A stretch of 63,153 nucleotides of DNA, the filler included, from Octopus bimaculoides (taxonomy: Eukaryota), in NCBI RefSeq assembly GCF_001194135.2. It is 6 parts of 6 records of this genome, joined end to end, with 100 filler letters (N's around TTAATTAATTAA, not from the genome) between each part and the next. Parts side by side here need not be neighbours in the genome. Positions count along the whole stretch, not along the records: positions 48,740 to 61,335 come from NC_068989.1; positions 61,436 to 63,153 come from NC_068995.1; 4 more parts are not named here. One strand, 5' to 3'. Below are positions 50,496-63,153 of this stretch, one piece after another; within the stretch, counting starts at the first letter, position 1, and the number at the start of each line of letters is the position of its first letter. The position numbers and the translations under genes are program-made. The notes below the pieces were generated by a model, which was not told the DNA's origin, did not search any database, and saw nothing but the letters and a program-made list of their open reading frames with translations.

Positions 50496-51469
50496 TTAAT
50501 GTTCCCTATACTGAAATATTTTTTTATAACATTTAATCTCCATTCAGCCCTAATTAATTAATCCAAGTGATTATAGAAGTTCCATTGGTTCCAGTTGTGC
50601 CCATTCCTTCTGCTCGTCTCTTCTTTTAGGGTTAAACTTTTCTTCAAGGTCCAAACTTTTCAACGTCCCCTTTCTTTATATTTCAACCTGATTAGATGCA
50701 AGTGATTTGAGGAAGATTTGTCTGTTCTTTCTTGCATGTTGATAAACTACGAAGAACTTGGATTTTCTTTATAACTTGGATCTTCATTCTCCACTTTCAA
50801 TTTACGTTATTCCGACTCCTTTTTGAATATTCATTATTCAATATCCACTGAATTCCAGCCGACATGAAAGAGAAAAACTATTTCACTTTCAGGAATCAAT
50901 GCCACGAACGAGCTAGTTGAGTAGTTGAACAACTCACATTTCATCATAATATGATACAAACAAATGACAATGTTTTCTCTAGAAAAAAAATCCATGAATT
51001 ATATCGACAATAAAAAAGGAGTATATTGAATAATTACACATGTGGGATAGTCTTTTCTTTTTTTGTTCTTTTTGACAAAATAAAGAAAAAAAATTGATCC
51101 AAAAGCAAAGACGTGATAGTAGCTGTTCTTCAAAGTTAATCCGTCTTTTTATCTCCCAACGTCAATGTATCAGCAAATCAGATTTCGCTAATCTGTCTTG
51201 GAGAATTCTTTACTATTTGATGTTTTAGTTACTATGTATGGCAGTGACGACGTTGTCCTTATCACATTCTCTCATAACATACAAGAGTATTAAATGTACC
51301 AAACGGAAAAAGCAAGTCAGTTGTATGATTTCTGAAGCGAGTAAACTAAAAGCGTGGGTGTAGTTGTCTGGAAAATAAGTTCGTTTCACAATCACGTGCT
51401 TTCGTGTTCAGTCCCAGTTCGCGAAAATTTGGACACGTGAGCTCTACACTTGCCCAGGTTCCACTAATG

Positions 51470-51825
51470 ACTAATGACGATCGTGAGGTTGTGAGTTCGA
51501 ATCCCAGACCGGGCTGCGTGTTGTGTTCTTGAGCAAGACACTTTATTTCATGTTGCTCCAGTTCACTCNNNNNNNNNNTGAGCAAGACACTTTATTTCAT
51601 GTTGCTCCAGTTCACTCAGCTGTAGAAATGAGTTGCGACATCACAGGTGCCAAGCTGTATCAGCCTTTGCTTTTCCCTTGTGTAACATTGGTGGCGTGGA
51701 GAAGGGAGGCCGGTATGCTTGGGCGGCGGCTGGTCTTCTATAAACAACCTTGCCAGGACTTGTGACTTGGAGGGGAAATTTCTAGGTGCAATCCCATGAT
51801 CAGTCATGACCGAAGAGGGTCTCAG
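51470..51825 (+). mobile_element. CORE-like SINE with a ~40-bp duplication across a 10-N gap
   Basis: gagttcgaatccc B-box; same body as 2459-2787. Confidence 0.85.
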
Positions 51826-51867
<42 letters not shown>

Positions 51868-51877
51868 NNNNNNNNNN

Positions 51878-51934
<57 letters not shown>

Positions 51935-52599
51935 TAGATAGATAGGTGTGTGTGTAAAGAAATACTAAAGGGACGCACGAGCAAAAAGCCCGATCAGAAA
52001 CTGATACACAGAAATATAAGCATCCTGAAATATGATGTATTCTGATAGGTAATAATCACATCCATTTACTTCATTAAATCTTTGTCGCATTTCCGATTTG
52101 TTAAATAAATCTTTTTCGTTTACGATAATGAATCATGTTTACATGCTGCCTCACTTAAAAGAAACCTTATAATTGTGCACTCCGAATATTCAGATGTTGA
52201 GGCTACATTTATTTGTTTGTTCTTAAGTTGTTTTTCTGTTGTTGTTGTTGTTGGGGTTTTTTGGGGTTTTTTTTTTTTACCATAATGTGAAATATGACCA
52301 GCGAGTCAATAAGAATAATTGGGATAATAATGATAATAAGCATTTGATTATTTGCCACAAGCGCGATGGGTGAGTAGACATTGCTTTGACAAATTACACA
52401 GAATCGATGTTGAAAGAACAGGCATGGTAAACAATGGTATGTAAAATAAAAAAAAGGAAAGAAATAATAAGAAGAACATTATTAAAGAATGTGTTAACGA
52501 TGGTGAATAGATGGACAACGATGAAAGGAGAATGTAAGAATGAGAAAGATCTGAAGAAAACCGAATGGCATATGGAAGCAATATGTGGAGGTGACGATG

Positions 52600-52605
52600 A
52601 CGACG

Positions 52606-52683
<78 letters not shown>

Positions 52684-53045
52684 GGTGGTGGTGGTGGTGA
52701 TGGTTTTGGTGGTGGTAGTAGTAGTAGGGAAGAAGATTGGGGCAGGAAAAGAATGGGAGAACGGTAGAAAAGAGGAGGGAACGAAGAGTAAAGGAGGAGC
52801 GGAGGGATGTAGAGGAGGAGGGGTGAAGGAGATGGTGGTAGAGATATGGCAGTGACGATGATAGTGTAGAGATGATGATGATGATGATGATGACGATGAT
52901 GTGGAGGATAATGATGGCGGTGATGATGATGTGGTTGATGATGACGATGATGATGAGGATAATGATGATGATGAGGATAATGATGATGGTGATGATGAGG
53001 CGGAGGAGGAGGAGGAGGAAGACGACGACGACGACGACAATGGAA
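52600..53045. repeat. (AGT)n/(GGT)n/(GAT)n/(GAG)n tract
   Basis: Direct reading. Confidence 0.9.
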
Positions 53046-53539
53046 AGTTATTTGGTAAAGGTATTGATGAATTATGACTCACCACATAGGAGAAATGAAG
53101 ATGTAAATATATTTACCATCAATCATGAAATAAGTGAAGTAGATTTAGGAATGGTTACAATAAAAACAGATACAAAGTGAATGGAGAATATTCGAGATGA
53201 CGTGGAATACCTTTACGGATCTGTTTAGTGGCGGGAATGAAAACAGTCATGGATAACTTATTGATGTGATTATACTGCAGTCCATTAAAAATGAATGTTT
53301 TGTGTTGGAGAGGTGCTTGTGTAAGCCGTGAGTTAATGAAAACAGAGTAGAGTTTAGAGATTGTTTTGTGTTTTTTTTAACTGTGATGATAGCCACATAA
53401 GGATATACCGTGTTAAGAGAAATATCTCCTCTCTCTCTTGTTTAAACACCTCTAAGGGTAGAACAGAGTTAAAATATGGCCAATACACTAAGTGTTATGT
53501 TTACAACAAATTTATAATGGACATATAAACATTTACTAC

Positions 53540-54005
53540 GTTTTGAAACGTCCAGAGATTGTACAGAAATATAACAAGACAATCAGTTTGCTTCGATCTT
53601 TCTTTGAGAAAACCAGCATTTTCAGACTTTTATGTAAATCTTTTGCCTCATAGTCCAGTGCATCCATGGTGGTAGTTTCTCATTACTTCGTAGATTTTCT
53701 CTGTTTCTACAATTTTTGACGAAACATTCACATCCATCAAACAACTGATCTCTACAACAGTATATGATTTTTTTTTTTGCTTCCTGTTCCATGGACCAAC
53801 ATTTAGTCTATTGTTTTAACATTAGTTTCTTGTTTTTATTGGATCGATTCACCAGTAGTTTTCGTATTCTTTTGGTATGATCTTCAGGATAATTCCTCTC
53901 ACGGATAGTATTGTAGATGCTTTTAGCGACAATGTTATATTTCATAAGAAATACTTTGCATTTTTTGGACAGCTGCTATAGATTTGGGTGATACCTTTTA
54001 CGCTC
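53540..54005 (-). mobile_element. Decayed RLE-type (R2 superfamily) non-LTR retrotransposon: zinc-knuckle tail and endonuclease
   Basis: Across frameshifts: ITQIYSSCPK...IVAKSIYNTIR...YW..PIKT...NNR...TVVEISCLMDVNVSSKIVETEKIY. Confidence 0.65.
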
Positions 54006-54010
54006 TTGTG

Positions 54011-54160
54011 TATGTGTGTATGCATATATTGTTGTGAGACTTATCTTTAAATCTTGTCATGAGATATTTAAGGAATGTACATCTATGTGTGTGTATGCAT
54101 ATATTGTTGTGAGACTTATCTTTACATCTTGTCATGAGATATTTAAGGAATGTACATCTA
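54011..54160 (+). repeat. Two tandem ~72-75-bp units; third dispersed copy at ~56255-56315
   Basis: ttgttgtgagacttatcttta.atcttgtcatgagatatttaaggaatgtacatcta twice; diverged at 56.26 kb. Confidence 0.85.
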
Positions 54161-54834
54161 CCTATAATTATATAGAGAGAGGTTTCGAGGCATCATTATT
54201 AATCTTCTTGATCAGGTATTTATTAAGTATATCTAGTTCCTGGATACCAAAGGTGTAGTCTTATAATTGAGGCATGATGATTCTATTGCAAGTCCAGAAG
54301 CTACCATTCCTGTCAATATTATTAATATTCTCTTTTTAGCGAGATATGTACCCATGCATAACTTTCTGATTCTATGATGAGTATTGCTCATCTAAGTTTG
54401 TCTTTATTTAGGTTTGTTCACCTACCTTTGATTCATATGAAACAACTGTACACTCAGAGTAGCTATTCAGGAGTTCTTCGCCTAATCACACGAAACCGTT
54501 ATTTTCAATGTAGAGTATAGACGTGATGTACTGATTTCGCTCATTACTCTTTGTTTATAACATTAGAAGATAGTTTAGCTGAGGCGTTTTCTATCATAAA
54601 GACAAGAAGTATGATCCACATAGGGGATCATACTTCTGTGCATTTGTATTTATATAACTTTTTCTGGTTATCCTTGATATTGAAGTGGCAATGTTAATGT
54701 ACAATTAATAACTTTTATTGGGCTCTTATGGAAATGTTTTGTGTTATCTATACAAAATAAGGAAATGGTTCTATATACAACACTAGGACTGAAAAAGATA
54801 ATGTTTGCCGGTATGCACATTGCCCTTCATCCTT

Positions 54835-55060
54835 TTGTTCTATTATCTGTTTCGGCCATTGGACTGCGACCATGGTAGGGCACCCTCCTCAAAGGTTTAG
54901 TTAATTAAATTGACACCAGATCGTATTTGCTTTAAAGCCTGCTTCTTATTCTATCAGTTTATTGTGTCCAATCAATAAGTTACGAGACAGTAAAGAAATC
55001 AGCACCATTTGTCAAGAGGTTGGGTAGACAAACACACAGACATAAATTCACACACACACA
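54835..55060 (-). mobile_element. Family-B SINE 3' half, diverged
   Basis: cattggactgcgaccatg...cttattctatcag...taagttacg...tgtcaag. Confidence 0.7.
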
Positions 55061-55129
55061 CACCAACACGAACACTTCCCCCCACACACACACATATCAT
55101 TTGTTTAAAGGACACAATACATGTCTTTA

Positions 55130-55185
55130 AGAACTACTAATCGTTTCATACGTTGAGAAATACCTCGAACTTATTCATCAGGTAC
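55130..55185 (-). ncRNA. Hammerhead motif with intact core and eroded stems
   Basis: gtac-CTGATGA-ataagttcgag[gtattt]ctcaacgtat-GAAAC-gatta-GTA-gttc. Confidence 0.55.
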
Positions 55186-55343
55186 AAACCACATAGCATG
55201 ACGAACTAAAAAAAAAATTTAATAAGACAAGAAACGCAAAAAATCTGAGAAGACAGCATATAGAAAATGCGGAAGGTCAAAATAATGTTTATCTCTCACC
55301 AAATGGAGTACCTTTTTGTTGAATTTTCTATTACGGAGGAGTA

Positions 55344-55402
<59 letters not shown>

Positions 55403-55534
55403 ACTATAAATCAGATCTGTTTATTTTATGTGAATGGAGTATGTCGAAGTACGTGTGTATGCATATGCCTGTATCTAAATTGCATTGTATTGCTAAAATT
55501 TCACGTAATATATGTTACATTATATATTTATAGT

Positions 55535-55597
55535 GGAGGCGCAATGGCCCAGTGGTTAGGGCAGCGGAATCCTCGTCGTCGTAACCGACGGAGTGCC
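55535..55597 (+). mobile_element. 63-bp SINE with head fused directly to tail
   Basis: tRNA-like ggcgcaatggcccagtggttagggcagcgga joined to cctcgtcgtcgtaaccgacggagtgc (family-D 3' end). Confidence 0.7.
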
Positions 55598-56333
55598 GTA
55601 GTAATATATTTATATGAAATATTTGTAATTTCAGTTGTGTTTATATACACTTAGGTTATTTTTCATCTTCAAGAACCGCCAGAATATTTTCAATGATATC
55701 AGAGGTTATTAATTTTCCAATCCTTATGTTTAACGCATTCAAGATATTTGCCATACCTTTCTTTGTGCTACCAAAATTTTACTTTGATTTTTCAATAGAA
55801 GACATTTTAAAATGGAGCGATAGGCAATCATTAGCAATTTCGATGGCTTTTTGTAATGTATCTCATTATAACTATTAATATTAGTATTACTTTTAGTAGA
55901 TATTATTATTATTATTATTGTTATCATCAATATCATTGCTACTACTACTATTACTACTACTAATAATAAAAATAATAATCATAGCAACGATGATTTATAT
56001 CGTCAAATTCGTAGTATTATTAAATATTTTAATAATGATTAGAATATTGATGAAATCGCTCATACGTTTACTGGCATTAAATTATTAGATTTATTTTCAA
56101 AAGAACAAATATGTTTGGATGTGTACGTGTGTGGTGGAGAGATAGAGACCGGGAAATACATCAGAAAGAGAAAGGAAGAGTGAGAGAGAGGGAGGGAGAG
56201 AGAGGAAATGTTTATGTGTATTTATGTATGTGTGCACGTGGTTGTATGCGTGTACGTGTATGTTGTTGTGAGTCTTATCTTTACATCTCATGAAATATTT
56301 AAGGAATATATAAACTCACATCCATCCATAATT

Positions 56334-56403
<70 letters not shown>

Positions 56404-56424
56404 CTATTTGGGCATGTATAAATA

Positions 56425-56504
<80 letters not shown>

Positions 56505-57675
56505 GGGAGAAAGGGGAAGAACGAGATAGATAGATAGATAGGTAGATAGATAGATAGATAAACAGATAATACATCTATAAATTTATACATATATATAAAC
56601 ATATATAGGTATTCGGATTATGTATAACGTTATATATATATATATTTGTATATACTTGTGTGAATGTATGTGAGTATGCGCGTGTGTATGTATGTATATG
56701 TATAGGCACATGTGTATGGTTTCAGGAATTAATGTATGTTCCGATGTCATAAAGCTGATTATTGTAAAGATTTTATATTGTAATAGATGTGTAGACGAAA
56801 TATTCCATATCCTCATGAATACAGATCAATCGGTTATATTTATAATTCCCGGGTGCGATGCTCAAATTAATAGGCGGTTTCTTGAATTAATCATTCCACA
56901 CGATTAATTAGGTCAATTTCATTAACGTTATACTCATTCCAAAGCAATAAGATTAACATTAATGTCATTCTTAATATTATTAAACGGGAATAATCTCCAA
57001 TATGGTCTGCAATGATTATATAAATGGATATATTATATGTACGTAATGAGAGATAAATTGTGGGGCGAAAATAACACGAACATATTAATAATATATAAAA
57101 TAATTTTGGCATCCGGAAGAAACGAAAATAAAGCAAACATTTTAAATCTCCAGATTACTATAATCTATTTCCTTTGAGTTAGAGTTAAAAGTTTTGCTTT
57201 CCTTTCCATAAATTGGTTTAAGTTTTGTACTTTTTCAAGTATATTGTTTCTTTAACAATCATATAATCTGATATCTTAATGGGAAATAAGAATGAAAAGT
57301 TGTAACGTAGCAAAGTAATGCTTCTGCCAAAGGCATCTTTGATTTTAGGCAAAAAAGAAAACCAGAAGATACTTAAGAATACATTATTGTAGTATGCCTA
57401 TTATTCATATTCAATATTTTTGAAATAAAATACATAAAATGTACACTTAAATTGAATTGATTGAAACTTCGTTAGACAATATTGTATTTGATGTAATTTT
57501 GACTGTTGTGTGACCACGGTTAGTCCTGCTCGAGCAAAATAATAGCCTCAGATGTTATGGGAACTAAACAGCAAATGCTTCCTAATAGTTAAAGACCACA
57601 AGATAGTTCTAGTTTGTCAAACGATGTGCAATGTGATAGCCTGTTCTTTCGCCATTATTCAGTAAATTTTCGTAG

Positions 57676-57711
57676 GTTTGGCATTTCCAACTATGACCAT
57701 TGCAGAAACAG
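57676..57711 (+). CDS. Candidate 36-nt symmetric micro-exon
   Basis: aaattttcgtag|G...ACAG|gtaaga; open in phase 1 (GLAFPTMTIAET) and phase 2 (FGISNYDHCRN). Confidence 0.2.
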
Positions 57712-58116
57712 GTAAGATGAACTCGTTCGAAGAATAGGCTGTAGATATTCCTCTGAACTTATTAGCAGGGTAGATGCCATACGGTATTTGAGGATTAACA
57801 GTTATGCTTCTATTTCGTGTGTGAGTGTTATATATATATATATATATATNNNNNNNNNNNNNNNNNNNNNNNNNNNNNNNNNNNNNNNNNNNNNNNNNNN
57901 NNNNNNNNNNNNNNNNNNNNNNNNNNNNNNNNNNNNNNNNNNNNNNNNNNNNNNNNNNNNNNNNNNNNNNNNNNNNNNNNNNNNNNNNNNNNNNNNNNNN
58001 NNNNNNNNNNNNNNNNNNNNNNNNNNNNNNNNNNNNNNNNNNNNNNNNNNNNNNNNNNNNNNNNNNNNNNNNNNNNNNNNNNNNNNNNNNNNNNNNNNNN
58101 NNNNNNNNNNNNNNNN

Positions 58117-58166
<50 letters not shown>

Positions 58167-58545
58167 TGTGTGTATGCGTGTGTGTGTGTGTATGCACGCA
58201 CGCACACACGATGGTAACCAATAACTTTCCTTCGCTAATTTTCCTTTCTATGCTGAACTTTCTCTACAACAAAAAATTAAGAGAGATAACAAAAATGGTT
58301 TGGTTTCAACAGACTCGTGACCATTGGTGCGTGATTTCTTTATGAGTAACTTTTATACAGACATAAAAACCCTATCAGACGACACATCTCTGCTCATTCG
58401 TTTGTATCGAACCGAAGATGATCTTCAGAAGTTAAAAAATACAATCCATAGAAATCAAAATATTGTGGTTATTTTTCTTTCAGTTTGAGTGTTTAGTTAA
58501 TTCCTGTTGTTGCCTTTTCCGCTGCTGCTATTGTTATTGTTATCA

Positions 58546-58599
<54 letters not shown>

Positions 58600-59124
58600 C
58601 AACATTATTAATAGCGTCAAGTATTTTGTTTTATGTCTCGTTGCTATCATTACGTCATTCATCACCATTATTGTTTGCAATGTTCTTCTGAAAAATGTAA
58701 CATAAAAGAAGTCATTCGGATTATTATTGTGATCATTGGTTGTTTGTATTATTAAATATTAATATTAAAATACTACCGAAACCATTACCGTTTTATGATT
58801 AATATCTAATACAGGTGAGGGGTTGACAGGAATCAACGGCAAGAGCTAGTGTGAGGACTCTTTAAACAGAGCAATTAGAGTAGAATTTAAAGAGCTTTGC
58901 AAAGAGGGAAAAATTAGAGAAAGTATATAACAGAGAGGAATGAAGAAGAGAATATTAAAGGAGGTAATTAAGAAAAGCCTCACGACCGACTTGTTAGCAG
59001 CAAGAATCTGGCCTAGCGAAGATACCCCGACAGTGGTACCACCTCCTACGAACAGAAGAAGTATGCACTGGGGTCGATATACTCGACTCATCCTCACCTC
59101 CCCAGAGCTACCCTTGAGGCAAAA

Positions 59125-59162
<38 letters not shown>

Positions 59163-59191
59163 CATCATCATCATCATCATCATTATCTTTA

Positions 59192-59408
59192 GGCGGCGAG
59201 TTGATAGAACCGTTAGCACGCCGGGCGAAATGCTTAGCCGTTTTACGTCTGCCGCTACGTTCTGCGTTCAAATTCCGCCCTGGTCGATTTTGCCTTTCAT
59301 CCTTTCAGGGTCAATAAATTAAGTACCAGTTACGCACTGGAGTCGATATAATCGACTAGTCCTTCCCCATTCCGCCAAATTTGAGGCCTTGTGCTTTTAG
59401 AAGAAAGG

Positions 59409-59490
<82 letters not shown>
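59192..59490 (+). mobile_element. Full family-C (OK-like) tRNA SINE with (ATT)n tail
   Basis: ggcgagttgatagaaccgttagcacgccgggcgaaatgcttagcc...gttcaaattcc...gcctttcatcctttc...(att)n. Confidence 0.9.
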
Positions 59491-59918
59491 GTGGCAGCAA
59501 TAAGTTGTTGTTTTCTATGTCACCATCATTACCATTATTTATGTTATTAGAAATACCATCATCATCATCAGCATCTTCGTCGTCGTTATATTCGTACGCC
59601 TCATCTTCATCGTCACCAACTTCATTGACGCCAACCTTCTAATCGACATTATTCTCCCTATTAAGCAATGGATGTGTGATTTATTTCGATCTTCTATTCT
59701 ATAATCTTGGGAAACATCATTTGGTGTGCTTATAGTTTATTTTGTTTATTTATTGATTTGGTGTTTGGTATTTGGTCATTGTTCGCGAAACTTCTAGAAA
59801 GATCTATCGTCTGTGTATTTGTATGTGTGTGTGAGAGTATGTATGTGTGTATGATATACAAATTTATACAGATACATTTTCGCACAAACTCATACATTTG
59901 TTCACATACACAGACATT

Positions 59919-59959
<41 letters not shown>

Positions 59960-61264
59960 TGTAATTTATAGTACAGGCACACGTGTGTGTGTATATATAT
60001 ATATATGTATGTGTGTATGAAATGTATATGTATGTACATGGAATATATAGGCCGAGCATGTGTGTGCCTATAATATATATATATATACACATATATACAC
60101 ATATACATATTTTTACATGTATATTATATATTTATTTATATATATATTTATTCATTTATTTATATATATATTTATTTATATATATATTTATTTATATATA
60201 TATACATATAAATGTATATATATTCATATATATATATATATANNNNNNNNNNNNNNNNNNNNNNNNNNNNNNNNNNNNNNNNNNNNNNNNNNNNNNNNNN
60301 NNNNNNNNNNNNNNNNNNNNNNNNNNNNNNNNNNNNNNNNNNNNNNNNNNNNNNNNNNNNNNNNNNNNNNNNNNNNNNNNNNNNNNNNNNNNNNNNNNNN
60401 NNNNNNNNNNNNNNNNNNNNNNNNNNNNNNNNNNNNNNNNNNNNNNNNNNNNNNNNNNNNNNNNNNNNNNNNNNNNNNNNNNNNNNNNNNNNNNNNNNNN
60501 NNNNNNNNNNNNNNNNNNNNNNNNNNNNNNNNNNNNNNNNNNNNNNNNNNNNNNNNNNNNNNNNNNNNNNNNNNNNNNNNNNNNNNNNNNNNNNNNNNNN
60601 NNNNNNNNNNNNNNNNNNNNNNNNNNNNNNNNNNNNNNNNNNNNNNNNNNNNNNNNNNNNNNNNNNNNNNNNNNNNNNNNNNNNNNNNNNNNNNNNNNNN
60701 NNNNNNNNNNNNNNNNNNNNNNNNNNNNNNNNNNNNNNNNNNNNNNNNNNNNNNNNNNNNNNNNNNNNNNNNNNNNNNNNNNNNNNNNNNNNNNNNNNNN
60801 NNNNNNNNNNTATATATTTATTTATATATATATTTATCTATATATTATATATACATATTTATCTATCTGTCTATCTATACACACACATATATATATATTC
60901 TCGTGAATTATATAAAGACAATACTTTATTCTCCAAGACCAAAAATCGAAAACAGTATTAAAGTGCTTCTACAACTCCCCAACCGCTCACCTATCAAAAA
61001 TAGCGAATGGAGAAATAAAAGGACTCGAATTGTTCGATTTCTTTCGATGTCTTCTGAAAGAAAAAGTTGATTTTTACCATCCCACCGCTTATTTATTATT
61101 ATTGGTCGAATATAGGTGTTTGTGCAGAGAATGATAATGTACAATCGTATCAGTTTGGTTCATTGGAAGAATACAAGTCGGAAGCATGTCATTTTATCTT
61201 CCATTCAGGGAGATTATTGAATAAAGAAAGGTTATATTGTCCATCGGAGACACGTCAGGAGTAC

Positions 61265-61335
<71 letters not shown>

Positions 61336-61435
61336 NNNNNNNNNNNNNNNNNNNNNNNNNNNNNNNNNNNNNNNNNNNNTTAATTAATTAANNNNNNNNN
61401 NNNNNNNNNNNNNNNNNNNNNNNNNNNNNNNNNNN

Positions 61436-61484
<49 letters not shown>

Positions 61485-63153
61485 GTATGTACATATGCAT
61501 TTATATGATTTGTATGGATGTATATATATACGTGTGTATATGTGTAAGTGTGTGTGAATATATATTTGTATATATGTATGGATGTATGTATGTATGTATG
61601 TTTGATGTATGTATATGTATATGTTTGTGTATGCTTCTATGTATATAATATGATATAATACAAATGGACGACATGTACAATAATATATATATCTTCGAAA
61701 TTAAGAACTCAATAATTATACAATAAAACTGCTGCTTTTTCTGAGATTACTGCAAATCCAGGAAGAAAAAAGCATTCGTGTGTACACAATTAGCAAGGCA
61801 CTTTATATTCCTGACATTTTGGCTGAAAGATTGCTTTAAGTTTATTGGTCGTCAATTTATACTAACTGATTATGTGCGTTACGTATGTCAGTATGGTACT
61901 AGCGATACTAATTCCAAATGAAACAGCTGTTGAAAGGATTGAAATAATGAAGTTATGCTTTTTTTTATGTATATATACTTTTTGTATAAATATATATATA
62001 TATATATATACTATGTGTGTGTGCAAATGCACCTTTGTAAGAATCTCATAATGCGTAGAGGCATGTGTGTTTGTATTTGTGGCACTGTGTGTAGATACTA
62101 GTATGTTGTATTTACGTTCATCCCTTTAGTAGGTTATGTGCATGAATGTGAAGGGACATTAACCACTACTATCTAAACATTTTCGTCGCTTTGATGGGAA
62201 GATTGAAATTGAAAAACGAAAATGTATTACAATGATTTTTTAATGAATATAACACGTAGGTGACCAAGTATACATGAAGTAACACTGGGTATTTACAGCA
62301 ATGTTAAGAATAACTGGAATTAGATTTTTCCTTTTATACAATTAAGAATTACTGCACAAATATTGAAATTTTAAAATCATCACGAAAAAGGCATTGGAAT
62401 ATGATGTGATATCTGAATTTCATTTCTTCAAATCATTTCAACTTTTTTTTTGTGTTTGCTTCTATGACTTTACAGCATACAACAACTTTCACCTTCTTTG
62501 GGTTTTTTTCCGTTTAGTTTTTCATTATACTTAATGTATTTTCGTAGAAGTAATCTTCAAATTAGATCGATATTATTCATATTATTAGAATATCGCTGTC
62601 GGGCAAGACTTTCAAAAACAGAAACGAGAACACAGGTTTTCTTTCAAAATGTACATACAAAATGTTATAATAGGGAAAAAAAACTGTTCTTTAATAGGAA
62701 TACTTCATTTTAAACCTTACCAAAATTAACATTTCTTCTTCCATTTTCCGGTTTTCAAATTTCTAAGTATAAAATACATTAACATACTTACAAGAAAATA
62801 TACACTCATGCATGCATACGTGCATGCTTATATTCTTATATATATGTATATATGCATAGACAAATATATATAAACACATACATATATACGTGATTATATG
62901 TTTATATATATGCATATATGCATAAGCATATGAACGAACACGACACAATGAAGTAGAGAAATTTGAAAAGACAACACGAAACCGGTTATTTCTCAAAATA
63001 CAATGTTTATATGCCAAAAAGATTTTATAACATTTTTCTAACATTTTTCTTACATTTTTCTGACATAATTTAAATATATACTTTAACCAAGTAACACACG
63101 CCTTCTGTAATTTTTTCACTCTTATTATCTTATATATATATATATATATATAT

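Noticed and set aside
51530-51620. Internal SINE duplication
   Set aside because: Exact ~40-bp repeat across a 10-N gap; assembly overlap
55655-55936. Overlapping 60-75-codon open frames on both strands
   Set aside because: Frames this long are expected by chance in a window this size; no motif recognised
58365-58490. IKTLSDDTSLLIRLYRTEDDLQKLK as an oxidoreductase exon
   Set aside because: No GxGxxG follows; better explained as a decayed LINE RT xADD-like segment or chance

Overview
Repeat-dense, AT-rich eukaryotic draft-assembly window with many N gaps. The SINE families and the (TA)n/(CA)n/(GAT)n load suggest a cephalopod (Octopus-like) scaffold; this is an inference. No intact known host gene is recognisable, and most long ORFs in the track are microsatellite or N-run artefacts. 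Supported content: (1) a decayed Helitron RepHel (~6.8-11.05 kb) whose Rep region appears to carry an 89-nt GT-AG intron; (2) a 5'-truncated RTE LINE inserted in a palindromic MITE, plus four more RTE 3' ends; (3) a mariner DD34D pseudogene; (4) a Penelope-like GIY-YIG fragment joined in inverted orientation to an RT-motif fragment; (5) a decayed RLE (R2-superfamily) retroelement; (6) many tRNA-derived SINEs and several MITEs; (7) a set of sequence-unrelated minimal hammerhead-ribozyme motifs, 2 well preserved and at least 5 decaying. Weaker signals are a putative bidirectional ETS promoter near 20 kb with a candidate two-exon secreted peptide gene on the minus strand, a CpG-rich CRE cluster at 42.1-42.3 kb, and a strong minus-strand bias of retroposons over 3.9-24 kb.
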